Both the position numbers and the translations under genes were made by a program. Shown here one piece after another: positions 61,083 through 64,000 of a DNA stretch of 64,000 bases. The stretch's first letter is position 1; every line of letters starts with the position of its first letter. This stretch comes from Gemmatimonadaceae bacterium (GTDB taxonomy: Bacteria; Gemmatimonadota; Gemmatimonadetes; Gemmatimonadales; Gemmatimonadaceae): assembly GCA_025928185.1 (NCBI GenBank), contig JAICKA010000004.1, positions 19,008 through 83,007 on the forward strand. The letters are read 5' to 3'. Under the pieces are notes generated by a model, which saw only the letters and a program-made list of their open reading frames with translations, searched no databases and was not told where the DNA came from.

Positions 61083-62633
61083 TCAGGCAACGGCGTACTG
61101 CTGCGTCACATCGCGGCCGGCGGACTTCACGACCAGCTTGAACGCGTCCGGATTGAGCAGCGGATCATCCCGCAGCTCGAGGCTGAACCCTGCCGCCTTC
61201 TCGAGTTTTTTCAACAGGTCCTTCTCGTTCTCGAGGATGTACATCGCAACGTCGGGATGGACACGCACGATCATCGGATCTTTGCGCCGCTCGAGTCCGG
61301 CGCGCCGCACCGCTCGCTCCACCCGTCGCGCGATCGTCTCGGCCGTGAACACGCGGCCCGTGCCGTGGCAAGTCGGGCACGCTTCGGTCATCGCCTGCAG
61401 GTGGCTCTGCCGCACGCGCTGCCGCGTCATCTCGATCAACCCCAGCTCGCTCACGGCGAACGCCTTGGTGCGCGCGCGGTCGCGGCCGAGGTGCGTCCGC
61501 AGCTCCTGAAGCACCTTGTCGCGATTCGCCTTCGTCTCCATGTCGATGAAGTCACAGACGATGATGCCGCCGAGGTCGCGCAGCCGCGCCTGCCGCGCCA
61601 CTTCGCGCGCCGCTTCGAGATTCGTTTTGAGAATCGTCTTTTCAGGATCCTTCTTGCCTGTATAGCGGCCCGAGTTCACATCGACCGACACCAGCGCTTC
61701 CGTGGGCTCGATGATCAGGTAGCCGCCGGAGGGCAGATCGCAGCGGCGCTTGAACAGGTCGCGGAGCTCCTGTTCGATGTTCGCGTGATCGAACAGCGGC
61801 GTGACCGACTCGTACATCTTGATGCGATCAACGAGATCCGGTGCGATGCCAGTGAGATACTCGACGATCTCGTTGTAGACCTGCTTCGAGTCGACCGTGA
61901 CCTGCTCGACCTTCGTGCTGAAGACATCGCGAATCAGGCCCCGCGTCAGGCTCGTCTCGCGATGAATGAGCGCCGGCGCGCGAACGAAGTGCGTCTTGCG
62001 CTTGATGCGCTTCCATTGCCCGATCAAGGTCGACAGCTCGTGCTCGAGCGTCTCCTTCGTGACGTCCTCGCCGACCGTGCGGACGATGACCCCGCCCGAG
62101 TCCTTGGGGAGTGCCTCCTCGACCTGCGCGCGCAGTCGCTTGCGCGCTTCGCGGTCGCCGATCTTCCGGCTCACGCCGACGCGTTCGGCGAACGGCATGT
62201 AGACGAGAAACCGCCCGGCAAGCGACACCTGCGCGGTGACGCGCGGGCCCTTGGTGGAGATTGGTTCCTTGGAGACCTGAACGATCAGATCCTGGCCACG
62301 CTTGAGCACATCCTGGATCGCCGGCGCTTTGGCGCGACGACGGCGGCCGCGGTCAGACTCCTCGTCGTCGTCTTCGTCGTCGTGGTCTTCATCGGGCTCG
62401 TCTTCCGGATACACGAGATCGGACGCGTGGAGAAACGCGCTCTTCTCGGTTCCGATGTCGACAAAGGCGGCTTGAATGCCGGGGAGCACTGCTTCGACGC
62501 GTCCGAGGTAGATGTCGCCGACCATGCGGCGGGCCTCGGGGCGGTCGACCAGAAGTTCAACGAGCTGGTCGTCCTCGATAATGGCGACCCGCGTCTCGCG
62601 CGGATTCGCGTTGATCAATAGTTCTCGTTTCAT
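61083..62633 (-). CDS. rng: ribonuclease E/G family endoribonuclease (RNase G-sized)
   Basis: 516 aa. MKRELLINANPRETRVAIIEDDQLVEL N-terminus, S1 domain (GDIYLGRVEAVLPGIQAAFVDIG), DNase-I-like region (GGIIVCDFIDM), and a Zn-link CPTCHGTG. Contains an acidic insert, DEPDEDHDDEDDDEESD. Confidence 0.9.
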   Translation of the reverse strand: MKRELLINANPRETRVAIIEDDQLVELLVDRPEARRMVGDIYLGRVEAVLPGIQAAFVDIGTEKSAFLHASDLVYPEDEPDEDHDDEDDDEESDRGRRRRAKAPAIQDVLKRGQDLIVQVSKEPISTKGPRVTAQVSLAGRFLVYMPFAERVGVSRKIGDREARKRLRAQVEEALPKDSGGVIVRTVGEDVTKETLEHELSTLIGQWKRIKRKTHFVRAPALIHRETSLTRGLIRDVFSTKVEQVTVDSKQVYNEIVEYLTGIAPDLVDRIKMYESVTPLFDHANIEQELRDLFKRRCDLPSGGYLIIEPTEALVSVDVNSGRYTGKKDPEKTILKTNLEAAREVARQARLRDLGGIIVCDFIDMETKANRDKVLQELRTHLGRDRARTKAFAVSELGLIEMTRQRVRQSHLQAMTEACPTCHGTGRVFTAETIARRVERAVRRAGLERRKDPMIVRVHPDVAMYILENEKDLLKKLEKAAGFSLELRDDPLLNPDAFKLVVKSAGRDVTQQYAVA

Positions 62634-63022
62634 CGATGGCCGCCACCGACCTCCGGCCCGGCGACTCGGCGGGCGGGGTGTGACGGAAATTCAAAGTGTG
62701 GGGAGCACGCCGGGCATCGGAATGACGCACGGCTGCACGCGAGAAGATTGTCCGGAGTCCCCGGGTGATCGTCCACGTCGGCCCCGGCTGGTGCGTGCGG
62801 CGGCACGCGTGCACGGCCTCGAGCGGCCGTGCGGATACCAGCAGGTTTCGGAGCGACGTGCGATCGGCCAGCAGAACGAGGCCGTGCACGGGAAGCAGGA
62901 CGAGCGCGACGACGGCGGCGAAAACAGCGTCAGCCGTGTCGAAGCGCAGAGCGCTACTGTGCCGCATCGAGTCGCCGAGCGGATACAGAGCGGAAGGAAC
63001 CGTAGAAGGGGTCACTGCGGAC

Positions 63023-63052
63023 TAATTAACTGTCGAAATAGTGTTTTCGCAA
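63023..63052 (-). promoter_or_regulatory. putative promoter in the AT-rich patch after the acyl-CoA dehydrogenase stop, heading toward rng
   Basis: Minus strand reads TTGCGA (63052-63047), an 18-nt spacer, then TAATTA (63028-63023). This is the only conspicuously A+T-rich patch in the 62634-63062 gap. Confidence 0.3.
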
Positions 63053-63062
63053 TGACTTAGCG

Positions 63063-64000
63063 TCAGTCGGCGAGATCCTGGAGGAGATGCCGGGCGATCA
63101 CGATGCGCTGTATTTCAGACGTTCCTTCGCCGATTTCGCAAATTTTTGCGTCGCGCATGAAGCGCTCGACGGGGTAGTCCTTGGTATAGCCGTAACCGCC
63201 GTGGAGCTGCACGGCCGTGATCGTGGCGCGCATCGCCAGCTCGGAGCAGAAGAGCTTGGCCATTGCCGCCTCCTTGGAGAACGGACGCTTGTGCTGCGCG
63301 AGCCAGGCCGCGTGGAACATCAGGTGCCTGCCCGCCTCGATCTGCGTCGCCATGTCCGAAAGCTGGAACTGCACGCCCTGGAAATGCGCCACCGGTTGGC
63401 CGAACTGTTTGCGCGTGCTCGTATACCGGAGCGCCTGCTCGAATGCGCCTTCGGCAATGCCCAGCGAGAGCGACGCGATTCCGATGCGGCCATTGTCGAG
63501 CGTCTGCATGAAATTCACGAAGCCCTGCCCTTCCGCGCCGAGCAGGTTCTCCGCCGGCACTTCGGCGTCTTCCATGATCAGCTCGCAGGTGTCCGACGCG
63601 CGCCAACCGAGCTTGTCCTCCTTCTTGCCGGCACGAAAGCCCGCGATGGCCGGCAGCGACGGCTCGTGGCCGACGCCGACGCGCTCGGCGGCGGTGAGCT
63701 CGCTCGTTGGCTTGGTGAGAATGAACGAGCTGATGCCCTTCGTTCCCTTCGAGCGATCGGTAACGGCGGTGACGACGAAGATCTCGCCGACGCTGCCGTG
63801 CGTGATGAAGCGCTTGACGCCGTTCAGAATGTACCGATCACCCTTGCGGACGGCGGTGGTGCGCGTTCCGCCGGCGTCGCTGCCCGCCTCAGGCTCCGTG
63901 AGGCCGAAACCGCCCATCACTCGACCGCCGGCGAGCAGTGGTACGTACCGCTGCTTTTGCGCAGCGGTGCCAAATTTGACGATTGGCGACGTACCGAGCG
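63063..64000 (-). CDS. acyl-CoA dehydrogenase; N-terminus lies beyond the window end
   Basis: The reading frame continues upstream of the ORF-track Met to the window edge (..[42 protein letters not shown]). The C-terminal catalytic region is [24 protein letters not shown]. Confidence 0.9.
   Translation of the reverse strand, partial: LGTSPIVKFGTAAQKQRYVPLLAGGRVMGGFGLTEPEAGSDAGGTRTTAVRKGDRYILNGVKRFITHGSVGEIFVVTAVTDRSKGTKGISSFILTKPTSELTAAERVGVGHEPSLPAIAGFRAGKKEDKLGWRASDTCELIMEDAEVPAENLLGAEGQGFVNFMQTLDNGRIGIASLSLGIAEGAFEQALRYTSTRKQFGQPVAHFQGVQFQLSDMATQIEAGRHLMFHAAWLAQHKRPFSKEAAMAKLFCSELAMRATITAVQLHGGYGYTKDYPVERFMRDAKICEIGEGTSEIQRIVIARHLLQDLAD

Noticed and set aside
62380-62440. Acidic DEPDEDHDDEDDDEESD stretch in RNase E/G as a possible frameshift or repeat-expansion artefact
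   Set aside because: The reading frame is continuous, with conserved S1 and catalytic segments on both sides. Acidic or basic inserts at this position are common in RNase E/G family proteins.
62512-63060. 182-aa plus-strand ORF in the rng upstream gap
   Set aside because: Its translation is Arg-rich and it overlaps the rng start on the opposite strand. I see no start context or motif. The minus-strand ORF 62557..63015 is likewise not called as a feature, because it runs 77 nt into rng and its codon bias decays. It is discussed only as a finding.

Overview
G+C-rich bacterial chromosomal segment (roughly two-thirds G+C by eye, not computed), almost entirely conserved housekeeping genes. I call 69 CDS plus one tRNA. 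66 CDS are on the minus strand, and many are joined by 1- or 4-nt start/stop overlaps. Order along the minus strand, high to low coordinate: acyl-CoA dehydrogenase (partial), RNase E/G, rplU-rpmA, an ECF sigma/anti-sigma/Spy-like module, tRNA-Leu(CAA), icd, pepA, an outer-membrane barrel protein, yicC-gmk-rpoZ, coaBC-udg-dnaB-radA-ispD-tsaC-PTP-aroE-comF, gap-pgk-tpiA-secG-carA, HU/IHF, moaD-moaE-moaA, mdh-sdhCAB, a complete 14-gene nuoA-N operon, PMM/PGM, UPF0182, carbamate kinase-sucCD, an EIIA-like/CBS protein, ndk, and yceD-rpmF-plsX-fabHDG-acpP-fabF (partial). Only dcd, a secreted CarboxypepD_reg-like protein and a glycerophosphodiesterase are on the plus strand. I see no CRISPR array, integrase, transposase, toxin-antitoxin pair, recognisable defence gene or cluster of unknown genes, so I cannot support a novel protein-coding system here. 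What stands out is mostly non-coding: (1) a perfect 23-bp inverted pair of (GGAGAGA)n homopurine/homopyrimidine mirror tracts bracketing the nuoA-dcd divergent control region, with a third degenerate copy inside the 3' end of moaE; (2) a Rex-operator-like palindrome in the nuoA leader; (3) an 8-mer, GTTTCCGG, in the same register of the putative nuoA and icd promoters; (4) a ~430-nt gap upstream of the RNase E/G gene. Many ORF-track entries are antisense or out-of-frame shadows, or have spurious N-terminal extensions. I trimmed starts using homology from memory, start/stop coupling and hand-tallied third-position G+C. No database search or computation was run.
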